A stretch of 64,000 nucleotides of DNA from NCBI GenBank assembly GCA_013334245.1, contig JAAXXZ010000002.1:21166-85165 (forward strand). Direction: 5' to 3'. The translations under genes were made by a program, and so were the position numbers. Of this stretch, positions 19,882 to 28,888 are shown in pieces; positions within the stretch are counted from its first letter, which is position 1; the number at the start of each line of letters is the position of its first letter. This stretch comes from Candidatus Moraniibacteriota bacterium. Its GTDB lineage: Bacteria > Patescibacteriota > Minisyncoccia > Moranbacterales > UBA1568. The notes under the pieces were generated by a model that was not told where the DNA came from, made no database searches, and saw nothing but the letters and a program-made list of their open reading frames with translations.

Positions 19882-20658
19882 ATGAAGAAGAACGAAACGT
19901 ACCAAAGTCTCTACACTTCGCTGAAAGAATTGGGTCTCGGGGACATGGAGGCCGATTTATACATGGTTTCGCTGAAGCTCGGACCGAGTCGGATTTCCGA
20001 TATCGCCAAGCATTTGGGAATCTCCCGTCCCAATGTCTACAAGGTCATACGGTCGTTGGAAAAGCATGCCTTGGTCCGATATTCCGAAAAGGACAAGTAC
20101 TCGAGGAGTTTCATGGTCGAGCCGCCGAGTCTTGTCTTGGAGGCTTTGAGAAAGAGAAAGAGTCGGCTATCCAAGATTGACGAGGGATTGGTCCTGGAGA
20201 TGCCGGATCTGTTGGCGACGTATCATCAGGGCGAAGGATCTACCAAAATAAAGGTCCTGAAGGGAAAAGAACAGTACATCAAGATATTCAATCAGTCGGT
20301 CGAGGAGGAAGACAAAGAGATCCAGTTCTGCGGATCTTCCGGGGACTTCATCGACTTCATTTCCTGGGATGTGGAGAATGACTGGATCAAGAAACGGCTC
20401 AAACGGAATATATCGATCAAGGTCCTGACGGTGCCGGGGGTTATTCCCGATAACCTGAAATCGAGGGATGATCGGGAAAAGCGCGAGACACGAATCCTTC
20501 AGGTCGCGAATCCCTTCCGGTCGTCCTTCATGCTCTACGCCAACAAGATGATCATCTGGCAGCCGGAGGCTCCGCTCGCGGTCCTCGTCGAGGATATCTA
20601 CATCGTCAGGATGATGAGGGAGTTGTTTGATGTGCTGTGGATTGGTTCCGAGCCCTGA
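19882..20658 (+). CDS. TrmB-family transcriptional regulator
   Basis: LKELGL...EADLY..SL.LG, ISRPNVY HTH; C-terminal sensor domain ending FDVLW. Confidence 0.85.
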   Translation: MKKNETYQSLYTSLKELGLGDMEADLYMVSLKLGPSRISDIAKHLGISRPNVYKVIRSLEKHALVRYSEKDKYSRSFMVEPPSLVLEALRKRKSRLSKIDEGLVLEMPDLLATYHQGEGSTKIKVLKGKEQYIKIFNQSVEEEDKEIQFCGSSGDFIDFISWDVENDWIKKRLKRNISIKVLTVPGVIPDNLKSRDDREKRETRILQVANPFRSSFMLYANKMIIWQPEAPLAVLVEDIYIVRMMRELFDVLWIGSEP

Positions 20659-20707
20659 ACGGTAGCATTTCATCGATATTAATCCATAATCAGTAGAAAT
20701 AAGTCCT

Positions 20708-21085
20708 ATGCAGTCCAACAACGGGAAAATATTCCTAAATACGGTCTTCTGGGGATTCGTGCTCTGGCTCGTCGGCTATGTGCTGGGTATCGTTTTCTTC
20801 GCTCTTGTGCCCAAGGAGCAGATCGGGTACTTCGTCATGCCACTTGGTATAGCGTTCACCTTGTGGGTGTTGTGGAAGAAGATAGAGCGGGAGGAACTCA
20901 TATGCTATTTCGGACTGGGCATTATCTGGACGATCATGGCGATCATTTTGGACTATCTTTTCAATGTGAAATTGTTTCACCTGACCGATTACTACAAGCC
21001 GGATGTGTATCTGTACTACGTCCTAACCTTTGTCTTGCCAGTTGCCTTCGGGTGGTATAGGTTCAAGGTGGATAAAGGGCAGTAG
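20708..21085 (+). CDS. Small 4-TM membrane protein
   Basis: Four hydrophobic segments. Confidence 0.75.
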   Translation: MQSNNGKIFLNTVFWGFVLWLVGYVLGIVFFALVPKEQIGYFVMPLGIAFTLWVLWKKIEREELICYFGLGIIWTIMAIILDYLFNVKLFHLTDYYKPDVYLYYVLTFVLPVAFGWYRFKVDKGQ

Positions 21086-21111
21086 GGGAGATTATATGGT
21101 ACTCGTCATTG

Positions 21112-21171
21112 GTCATCCCGGGCTAGACCCGGGATCCAGAGCATAGATTCCGGCTCAAAGTCCGGAATGAC
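21112..21171. repeat. REP-like palindromic dimer (GTCATCCCGG...CCGGAATGAC)
   Basis: gtcatcccgggctagacccgggatccag ... gattccggctcaaagtccggaatgac. Confidence 0.7.
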
Positions 21172-21216
21172 AGGAAAAAGAATTTCAACAGGTTTAAACC
21201 ATTCATTTGTACGAAT

Positions 21217-21525
21217 ATGTCCAAGATTTGCAACGCGTGCGGGATGCCGCTTGAGAAGAAAGAGGATTTTGCGGGAGGGAACGAGGAGATGGATTATTGT
21301 CTTCATTGCGCGGATGAGAGCGGAAGCGTGCATTCGTGCGAGGAAATCTTTGAGGGAGGCGTTCAGTTTTTCATGGGGGCGACGGGTGCGGACCGCGCAC
21401 TCGCGGAGCGCGTGACACGCAAGAATATGAAGGGGCTGCCATATTGGCAGGGGAAGACCTGCACCATACTCGAAGGGGAGGAAGCGACCGACGCCGAGTT
21501 CGCTGAGGCGCTCGCAAAGCTGTGA
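21217..21525 (+). CDS. Putative zinc ribbon domain protein
   Basis: ICNACGMPL ... YCLHC; C-terminal LPYW. Confidence 0.75.
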   Translation: MSKICNACGMPLEKKEDFAGGNEEMDYCLHCADESGSVHSCEEIFEGGVQFFMGATGADRALAERVTRKNMKGLPYWQGKTCTILEGEEATDAEFAEALAKL

Positions 21526-21533
21526 GAGAGGAT

Positions 21534-21857
21534 ATGACTACCAAATCGTACAAACTCGTCGTGTTCGTGCCGATCACGTATGCGGACGCGGTGCGGGAAG
21601 CGATGGGAAAGGTCGGGGCTGGGAAGATCGGAAACTATACGCACTGCTCGTTCAGTTCGCGTGGGACGGGGCGGTTCCTGCCCGGGGAAGGCGCGCATCC
21701 GTCGATCGGTGAAGTCGGAAAACCTGAGGAGGTCGAGGAGGAGCGGATCGAAGTCTTATGTACCGAGGAATCGATCGATGCGGTCATCGCCGTGATGAAA
21801 TCAGCCCATCCGTACGAGGAAGTCGCGTACGATGTGTATCCGTTGGAGCTGCGGTAG
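21534..21857 (+). CDS. YqfO/Nif3-insert PII-like protein
   Basis: KLVVFVP, GAGKIGNYTHCSF, HPYEEVAYD. Confidence 0.88.
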   Translation: MTTKSYKLVVFVPITYADAVREAMGKVGAGKIGNYTHCSFSSRGTGRFLPGEGAHPSIGEVGKPEEVEEERIEVLCTEESIDAVIAVMKSAHPYEEVAYDVYPLELR

Positions 21858-21966
21858 AGTAGAGTGAGGCGGGGAAGGGGAAAACGGTCTTCGGACCGTT
21901 TTTCTTTGTCCGGAACCGTGATAGACTGTCGCGGTACCCGTCGTCCGATGATGCCAGCCGAATCCT

Positions 21967-23130
21967 ATGAAAAAAATGTCGCCGAAATCACTCATCCTCT
22001 TTACCGTCTTTGTCGACGTGCTGGGTATCGGGGTGGTCATTCCGGTATTGCCGTTCTACATCGGCACGTTCAATTCGTCCCCGCAGGTCGTGACGTGGCT
22101 TATCGTCGCGTTCTCCTTCTTTTCGTTCCTTTCGGCGCCGCTGCTCGGGACCCTGTCCGACCGATTCGGACGGCGACCCGTTTTTCTTGTCAGCATCTTC
22201 AGTACGTTCCTTGGGTGGCTCGTCTTCGCGATGGGACAGAGTCTCTGGGTCCTGTTTCTCGGACGCATTATCGACGGACTCGCGGCAGGAAATATCTCGA
22301 CGGCACAGAGCGCGCTTTCCGATATCGCCAAAGACCGCAATGAGCGGATGCACAACCTCGGTTCTATCGGCGCGATATTCGGCATCGGGTTCATCATCGG
22401 TCCGTTGGTGGGAGGATTTCTCGGGAGCATCGACCATCGGCTGCCGTTCCAGTTCGTCGCGGGGCTCGCGTTCGTCAACTTCGTTCTTGCGGTATTTCGT
22501 CTTCCCGAAACCAGGAAGGGCGATTTTTCCGGACAATTCGATATTTCGCTCGCGGATCCGACACTTCCGATCCGGAGCGCCTTCCGCGACCGTGCACTTC
22601 GACCGACGTTCCTCGCCTGGTTCCTGTTTGGAACGGCATTCGCCGCGCAGCAGTCCGTCTTCGCACTCTATATGGGGAGGCTGTTCGGATCCGGAGAGGT
22701 GGTCGTGGGACTTTTTATGACCGGCGTCGGGGTCATGATCGCGCTCAATCAGGGATTTCTGCTCAAAAAATTCTGGCTGAAGCGGTTCACGGAACATGCG
22801 CTCGAGCCCGTGCTGCTCGCGCTGCTTTCCATCGCGTTCCTGGTCATGGGACTTCCGTGGTTCTGGGCCTTTACGGCAGGAATCGTCCTTTTGTCCGCCG
22901 TCCAGCCGGTTATCCGTGTCATCATGAACGGCCGTTTCGCACACGAGGAATCCCGAAGAGGTGAGCTTCTCGGCATGTCTGCGTCCGTCATGTCGCTTTC
23001 GATGATCGTAGGACCTATCGTGGCCGGGTGGCTGTTCGATATCAGGCCGTTCCTCCCGTTCGTGTTCGCGGCCGCGGTCGTCGCGTTTACGCTCGCCTTG
23101 CTTCGGCGGAATCGTGGCGTTCTCGCGTGA
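21967..23130 (+). CDS. MFS transporter, TetA/DHA1-like
   Basis: GTLSDRFGRRP motif A, GRIIDG, GFIIGP; about 12 TM. Confidence 0.92.
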   Translation: MKKMSPKSLILFTVFVDVLGIGVVIPVLPFYIGTFNSSPQVVTWLIVAFSFFSFLSAPLLGTLSDRFGRRPVFLVSIFSTFLGWLVFAMGQSLWVLFLGRIIDGLAAGNISTAQSALSDIAKDRNERMHNLGSIGAIFGIGFIIGPLVGGFLGSIDHRLPFQFVAGLAFVNFVLAVFRLPETRKGDFSGQFDISLADPTLPIRSAFRDRALRPTFLAWFLFGTAFAAQQSVFALYMGRLFGSGEVVVGLFMTGVGVMIALNQGFLLKKFWLKRFTEHALEPVLLALLSIAFLVMGLPWFWAFTAGIVLLSAVQPVIRVIMNGRFAHEESRRGELLGMSASVMSLSMIVGPIVAGWLFDIRPFLPFVFAAAVVAFTLALLRRNRGVLA

Positions 23131-23211
23131 TCCGGGGTACAGTAGTGGCATGGATGCTCTCCGCCTTGAAGCGTCGGAAAGCGGGAGTGTGTGGACTCAT
23201 GGTATACCGCT

Positions 23212-23574
23212 ATGAACCGCGAACTGACCCCCGAAGAAGGGCGCGTGATCGTCGGCAAGGGGACGGAGCCTCCGTTCTTGGGGAAGTATGACGATTTCTT
23301 CGAATCGGGGACGTATCGTTGCCGGCGGTGCGGTGTCGCGCTCTATCGTTCCCGTGACAAGTTCCCTTCCGGTTGCGGCTGGCCGAGCTTCGACGACGAG
23401 ATTGCCGGTGCGGTCACGCGCGTTCCCGATGCGGACGGGCGACGGACCGAGATTACCTGCTCGTCCTGCGGGGCGCATCTCGGACACGTGTTTACGGGTG
23501 AGGGGATGACGCCGAAGAATGTGCGACACTGCGTCAATTCGATCTCGCTTGAGTTTGAGAAAGAAAAGGAATAG
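23212..23574 (+). CDS. msrB: Methionine-R-sulfoxide reductase
   Basis: GTEPPF, GCGWPSF, HLGHVF, RHCVNS. Confidence 0.95.
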   Translation: MNRELTPEEGRVIVGKGTEPPFLGKYDDFFESGTYRCRRCGVALYRSRDKFPSGCGWPSFDDEIAGAVTRVPDADGRRTEITCSSCGAHLGHVFTGEGMTPKNVRHCVNSISLEFEKEKE

Positions 23575-23580
23575 CCTTCT

Positions 23581-23705
23581 GTCATCCCGGACTTGTCACA
23601 GTCGTTCTCGAACGACGTGACTTGATCCAGGATACAAGATGTGAGAGTGGGGAGGATGTGGATTCCGGGTCAACCCGCATACGCCGGTCGGAAGCCCGGA
23701 ATGAC
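23581..23705. repeat. REP-like palindromic dimer carrying two secondary inserts
   Basis: gtcatcccggacttg[hairpin]acttgatccagga ... gattccgggtcaa[insert]aagcccggaatgac. Confidence 0.7.
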
Positions 23706-23801
23706 ATGTGGGAGCATCTTGATATCGACATACTGCGTTATTCAGAGTCAGGATGCCGATATTCTGATGATAAGTCGGAATAATCCGTAACTGAAAATCC
23801 T

Positions 23802-24317
23802 ATGAATACGCGACAGACCGAAACAGCCTATTTCGCGGGAGGGTGCTTTTGGGGCGTCGAGTACTGGATGAAGCGGCTCGACGGCGTGTTATCGGTACGA
23901 TCCGGGTATATGGGCGGAACGGTTCAAAATCCGACCTATGAGGAAGTGTGTACCGGGAAGACCGGACACGCGGAAACGGTTGAAGTCGTCTTTGACTCGA
24001 AACGGACATCATATCGCGACCTTGCAAAACGGTTCTTCGAAATTCATGATCCGACCGAGCTGAATCGGCAGGGTCCAGATATCGGTACGCAGTACCGGTC
24101 GGCAGTCTTTTATACGGACGAAGATAAGAAGCGGCTCACCGGGGAACTGATCGGCATTCTTCGCGACCGGGAATACGACGTACGGACGGAAGTCGTCCCT
24201 GCCGAGACCTTCTATAATGCGGAGGACTATCATCAGGAGTACTATGACAGGTCCGGAGGTGCGCCGTACTGCCATACTCCGGTCGACCGATTCGGGAAAT
24301 CGACCGAGGGACGTTGA
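23802..24317 (+). CDS. msrA: Methionine-S-sulfoxide reductase
   Basis: AGGCFWG, GHAE, QGPDIGTQYRS, AEDYHQ. Confidence 0.96.
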   Translation: MNTRQTETAYFAGGCFWGVEYWMKRLDGVLSVRSGYMGGTVQNPTYEEVCTGKTGHAETVEVVFDSKRTSYRDLAKRFFEIHDPTELNRQGPDIGTQYRSAVFYTDEDKKRLTGELIGILRDREYDVRTEVVPAETFYNAEDYHQEYYDRSGGAPYCHTPVDRFGKSTEGR

Positions 24318-24393
24318 CAAAACATCCGGGATAGGCAAGAATCACCAGTTGTCGTTTTCCAATAACAAAGAAGAGAAAAAAGGAGGTGCCGGT

Positions 24394-24888
24394 ATGTCAA
24401 AGTCAATCGAGACGACCATACTCTGGACGGGAGGGAAAGATAAGGCTTTTTCCGGACAGAAGAACGAATTCGTTGCCGTTTTTGGCGGACTCTTCAGAGA
24501 TCTGTTCGGAGTTCTTCCCGGTTTCCGTGTGCCGAAACGGGAAAGAGGGTGTCCGTTCGGGTATGTCGCTATTTTCGGAGAAAAAGAAGTCCTTCGTCTG
24601 GCGCATCCCGATCCGGACCGACCGTTTTCCCGTCGTCCGGATAAATCGCTCGAGAGCGAATTTCTGCTCTCGGTCGACATATCGGACATGTCGGAAGAGA
24701 TACGTGATATGTTCCTGGACGCCCTGTTCCGGTTCCTGACCTACGGACGGGGGCATATAGGGAGAACGTCGAGGATATTTCAGGAGCGGTTGTTGGTGAA
24801 CGGTACCTTCATACGGCTGCCGGACGTGATGCAGGAGTCGGTCGAGCCACAGTGCACAGAGTTTATGAAAGCCATCCTGAAGGAATAA
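24394..24888 (+). CDS. Hypothetical protein
   Basis: AGGAGGT RBS before ATG 24394. Confidence 0.6.
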   Translation: MSKSIETTILWTGGKDKAFSGQKNEFVAVFGGLFRDLFGVLPGFRVPKRERGCPFGYVAIFGEKEVLRLAHPDPDRPFSRRPDKSLESEFLLSVDISDMSEEIRDMFLDALFRFLTYGRGHIGRTSRIFQERLLVNGTFIRLPDVMQESVEPQCTEFMKAILKE

Positions 24889-24955
24889 GGGTGGCTTTTT
24901 GTTAGAGGAAAGTACGCGCATCTCCCGTATGCTATGATGCCGGTATCGATCCGTC

Positions 24956-25678
24956 ATGTTTATGCGCGAGATTCCGAAATCCATTCCTATCCTTCTCACC
25001 GTCATGTTCCTGCTTTTCACGGCAGCCGTCGTTCTTTTTGGTAAGCCGTCCGAGCCAACGGTTCCGAATCAAACTCCGGTATCACCGGGTTCGACTTCGA
25101 ATGTACGGATGAACGGCCTGTCGGAGTCGGATCAGGTTTCGTCGGTGACGTCGGAATCGGGGGACGGTTCAAACTTCGTCCCGCCGTTCGCGCTCGCGAA
25201 CGAACGCGTGACGAAAAAGCCGTTCGGCATCTTTATCACGAAAGCCGCGTCGCCGGTTCAACCGGAACGGTTTTCGGGGTATCATACGGGAACGGATTTC
25301 GAAGTCTTTCCGGATGAGACGGATACTGACGTGGGCGTATCGGCAATCTGCGACGGCACACTGCTTATGAAACGCTCTGCAAGCGGTTACGGTGGCGTCG
25401 CGGTCCAATCGTGCGCATACGATGGGCGGCCGATAACGGTCGTATACGGTCATCTACGACTTTCAAGTATCCGGGTAAAGGTTGGGGAACCGATTGCCGC
25501 CGGTGATTTCCTAGGAAATCTTGGAGCGGGATACTCTTTGGAAACGGATGGGGAGCGGAAGCACCTCCATCTCGGAATACACAGGGGAGACATCGTCGAC
25601 ATACGCGGGTATGTGACGACCGTTCGACAGATGTCGGACTGGATGGATCCGTATGAACTGATACACTCTCAGCAATAA
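24956..25678 (+). CDS. M23 family metallopeptidase
   Basis: HTGTD, YGHL, HLHLGI; N-terminal TM. Confidence 0.9.
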   Translation: MFMREIPKSIPILLTVMFLLFTAAVVLFGKPSEPTVPNQTPVSPGSTSNVRMNGLSESDQVSSVTSESGDGSNFVPPFALANERVTKKPFGIFITKAASPVQPERFSGYHTGTDFEVFPDETDTDVGVSAICDGTLLMKRSASGYGGVAVQSCAYDGRPITVVYGHLRLSSIRVKVGEPIAAGDFLGNLGAGYSLETDGERKHLHLGIHRGDIVDIRGYVTTVRQMSDWMDPYELIHSQQ

Positions 25679-25687
25679 TAATGGCTT

Positions 25688-26302
25688 ATGGACAAGAAAG
25701 TGATCATATTCGATTTCGACGGGACGATAGCGGACACGTTTCCGGTTTTCGTCGAATTCGCCCGCAGTGAGGGCTTCGATTTCAGTCCGGAGGAAACCGA
25801 AGAACTTCGGAATTTTTCCATGCGCGACGTAATCGCGAAACTGGACATATCCATGTGGAAAGTCCTGTTTCTTGCGAGCAAGTTTCACGGATATTTCCAA
25901 AAAGCGTCTCCGCGGGTGCCCCTGTTCGAGGGAATCGTCGATGTGATCCGAGATCTCCGTGAGAGTGGACACACCCTGGCGATCGTGACGTCGAACAGTC
26001 GATCGAACGTGGAGAATCTCCTGAACCGTGACGGAATTTACGATTGTTTCGAAACAATACATTCCGAACGAAGCCTTTTCGGAAAAGCGAGACCGCTGCG
26101 AAACATCATGCGACAGCTGCGGGCACTGCCAAACGATGCATGGTACGTTGGCGACGAGGTTCGTGATGTGGAAGCCGCGCGCGGAGCCGGAATGAGATCG
26201 CTGGCCGTTTCCTGGGGGTTCAATTCCGAGTCGGCGTTACGGGCGTCGCATCCGGATAGTCTCGCCTTCGAGCCTTCCGAACTGTCCTCGCTTCTCAACT
26301 GA
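25688..26302 (+). CDS. HAD family hydrolase
   Basis: FDFDGTIADT, IVTSN, YVGDEVRD. Confidence 0.92.
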   Translation: MDKKVIIFDFDGTIADTFPVFVEFARSEGFDFSPEETEELRNFSMRDVIAKLDISMWKVLFLASKFHGYFQKASPRVPLFEGIVDVIRDLRESGHTLAIVTSNSRSNVENLLNRDGIYDCFETIHSERSLFGKARPLRNIMRQLRALPNDAWYVGDEVRDVEAARGAGMRSLAVSWGFNSESALRASHPDSLAFEPSELSSLLN

Positions 26303-26655
26303 TGTCATTCTATCGTATGAGTCCCGCCACCTTGCCGATCCTTGTCGGAGTAGCGCTGTCCTTCATCACCGTCGGGGCGGACTATCTTGTCAAAAGGTCT
26401 TCACAGGCACCTGGCTTTTGGGGATGGCGATCATTGTTGCTGGGCGCCACGATTTACGCGCTGACAGCGGTAGGCTGGTTCTTCGTCATGCGCTATGTGA
26501 AACTCTCGGTTCTCGGCGTGCTATACGCGGTAACCTGTGCCGTTCTCCTCGTCTTTCTCGGAGTGGCGCAATTCCATGAGCGACTCGTCTGGCAGGAGGT
26601 GATGGGGGTCGCATTCGCTCTCGTTTCATTGGTTCTCCTGTCGAGATTCGCATAA
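26302..26655 (+). CDS. SMR/DMT-like small membrane protein
   Basis: Four TM segments, 117 aa, FHE motif. Confidence 0.7.
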   Translation: MSFYRMSPATLPILVGVALSFITVGADYLVKRSSQAPGFWGWRSLLLGATIYALTAVGWFFVMRYVKLSVLGVLYAVTCAVLLVFLGVAQFHERLVWQEVMGVAFALVSLVLLSRFA

Positions 26656-26665
26656 ACGCGAACAC

Positions 26666-26697
26666 AAAAAAAGACCCGCCGAAGCGGGTCTTTTTTT
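26666..26697. terminator. Bidirectional terminator
   Basis: aaaaaaagacccgc-cgaa-gcgggtcttttttt. Confidence 0.8.
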
Positions 26698-26709
26698 CCG
26701 ACTACCGTA

Positions 26710-26991
26710 TTAGTAGCGCGGGCGATCGTCGCGGCGCGGGCGATCCTCAAGCGGGCGGGCCTCGTTGACCACGAGCTCACGTCCGTCGAGTTCCTTTCCG
26801 TTCCACATGTCGATAGCCTTGTCGGCATCGGCATCTTCCATCTCGACAAAACCGAAACCGCGGGAGCGGCCCGTCATTTTGTCCATGATGACTGCAACCG
26901 AGACGACGGTTCCTGCCTGCTGGAAAGCGGCGCGGAGTCCCTCATCAGTCGTGTTGTAGGAAAGATTGCCAATGTAAAGCTTCTTTGCCAT
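26710..26991 (-). CDS. RRM RNA-binding protein
   Basis: RNP2 LYIGNL, RNP1 RGFGFVEM. Confidence 0.95.
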   Translation of the reverse strand: MAKKLYIGNLSYNTTDEGLRAAFQQAGTVVSVAVIMDKMTGRSRGFGFVEMEDADADKAIDMWNGKELDGRELVVNEARPLEDRPRRDDRPRY

Positions 26992-27224
26992 ATCTTCGAT
27001 AGAATCCTGAATTTACGCGTAAGACGACCTTCTTCTGGCGCGCCTCAGGTCGAATGGCCTTAACGCGCTCCCTTGCCGGCAAGCCGGGTGGGAAAAACCA
27101 AAAAGAAAACTTACAGGGCCATTATAGCGTAAAGGCGCGGAAAAGGCAAGTCCTGGCTGGAGACGGTCGAAAATCGGTCTTGAAGGGCATGGTATACTGA
27201 ATCAATAATCCGTTCCGAAACCAT

Positions 27225-27590
27225 ATGACATATTTTTTGGGAAATATCGCCGATAAGACGCTTGGCAATGTCAATTATCGCGAAGTTCTCTATTCCGGTC
27301 CGAAAATGCAGCTCGTGGTTATGTCTCTCGAGCCTGGAGAAGAGATCGGGGAGGAGATTCACGCGGATCACGATCAACTTCTTCATTTTGAGGCTGGTGA
27401 GGGAAAGGCGGTTCTCGATGGCGTCCCACATGACGTCAAAGTGGGTGACGTAGTCATCGTTCCGGCGGGAATGCGGCACAACATCATCAACTCCTCGACC
27501 GATGCCATGATGAAGCTTCATACCGTGTACGCGCCGCCGGAGCACAAGCCGGGGACGATACAGCCGCGGAAACGCGACTCGATATCATGA
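27225..27590 (+). CDS. Cupin domain protein
   Basis: QLVVMSL.PGEEIGEEIH, VPAG.RHN, YAPPEH. Confidence 0.9.
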   Translation: MTYFLGNIADKTLGNVNYREVLYSGPKMQLVVMSLEPGEEIGEEIHADHDQLLHFEAGEGKAVLDGVPHDVKVGDVVIVPAGMRHNIINSSTDAMMKLHTVYAPPEHKPGTIQPRKRDSIS

Positions 27591-27674
27591 CGAACCATTT
27601 CGGATGCCATAGCGGCGTCCGATTTTTTTTACTTGCATCGTTTGTGGTATACTTGACGTATCGTTATCACGAAT

Positions 27675-28250
27675 ATGCAGAACGAAACGAACGAAAAGAA
27701 AAGTCCGGGAGTTTCCTCCGGAAGCGCCGCTTTGGTGCGCGTCGCGGTCGTTATCGGGATAGCGATACTCATAAATGTCTTTCTCGCGTACCTGGTGCGC
27801 GTATTCTATCTGGAACCGACGTATACGGATTTTTGTCCCGAGTCGCAGGTGGTGAAGCCCGTTTCGGATCAGGAATCCTGCCTGTCGATCGGTGGGCAGT
27901 GGAATGAATCGGGGACATCGGGGCCTGTTTTGGAGGGAAAGGGGTCCGATTCGGCGTACTGCAACGAGCAGTTCACCTGTTCGAAGGATTTCGAGACGGC
28001 GAATTCGCTCTACAATCGCAACCTGTTCATCGTCTTCGTCATTGCCGGCGCGGCATTGTTGCTTGGCAGTTCTTTTCTTACAGCCGCCCGAACGGTTTCC
28101 TCGGGATTGTCCCTGGGCGGTGTGATCGCGCTGATTTTCGGTTCTCTGCGATACTGGTCGGATATGGATGATCGGTTGCGGGTCGTCGTTTCCGGGGCGG
28201 CATTGCTCGCATTGCTCGCCATCGCATGGAGAAGGTTCAAGGACGAATAA
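27675..28250 (+). CDS. Membrane protein with a Cys-containing extracellular loop
   Basis: TM - C..GG.W..YC loop - three TM. Confidence 0.75.
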   Translation: MQNETNEKKSPGVSSGSAALVRVAVVIGIAILINVFLAYLVRVFYLEPTYTDFCPESQVVKPVSDQESCLSIGGQWNESGTSGPVLEGKGSDSAYCNEQFTCSKDFETANSLYNRNLFIVFVIAGAALLLGSSFLTAARTVSSGLSLGGVIALIFGSLRYWSDMDDRLRVVVSGAALLALLAIAWRRFKDE

Positions 28251-28267
28251 ACGTCGTACGGAATCAT

Positions 28268-28861
28268 ATGAAAAAGGGTGAGGAACAGATTGCGGCGGAT
28301 ACACGAAACACCGTCTCGAAACCGGGTATGTATCGGGAAAGCCGACGGGATGATTTACTCGGGAAGACCGTCATGTTCTCGGTGGCCGTCCTTGTTGTCG
28401 GCGTCGCGGCTTTTTTCGTGTATATCGCGTATCGCATGGCAGGCTCGGATGCGACGGAAGGCGCCTCGATAGCGTCTATCGCGAACGAGAATCAGACTCC
28501 CACAGACGCGAAGGAGACATCAAAAGCGGAAGAGGCGCCCATAACGGAAAAAAAGATCGAGGACGCGTCTTTCAAAAAAGACTCGGTTGCCATATCCGTA
28601 CTCAATGGCGGTGCCCCGAAAGGTTCCGCGGCGATTATCGCCGACATCTTGAAGTCCGACGGGTTTTCGAGGACGACGACGGGCAACTCTTCTGGTGACT
28701 ATTCTGGGTTGGTCGTGTATCGGAAAGAGGGGAATGAAGAGGCCGCCGAGGCGGTGAGAAAAACGCTTTCCGTGAAATATCCCTCTGTCAGCGTGAAAGC
28801 CGCCGATCTGAAAAACAGCGAGACGTCGGTAACTCCTGTCGTCGTCGTGTTCGGAAAATAA
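28268..28861 (+). CDS. LytR C-terminal domain membrane protein
   Basis: TM, then ISVLNGG...G.A....L...GF....GN ... VVVVFGK. Confidence 0.8.
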   Translation: MKKGEEQIAADTRNTVSKPGMYRESRRDDLLGKTVMFSVAVLVVGVAAFFVYIAYRMAGSDATEGASIASIANENQTPTDAKETSKAEEAPITEKKIEDASFKKDSVAISVLNGGAPKGSAAIIADILKSDGFSRTTTGNSSGDYSGLVVYRKEGNEEAAEAVRKTLSVKYPSVSVKAADLKNSETSVTPVVVVFGK

Positions 28862-28888
28862 ACGTTCGATAAGCGTCAATACACAACT

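Noticed and set aside
21988-23151. Long antisense ORFs (also 14476-15672, 35178-36209, 42791-43915, 47471-48439)
   Set aside because: Shadow frames opposite well-supported genes in GC-rich sequence
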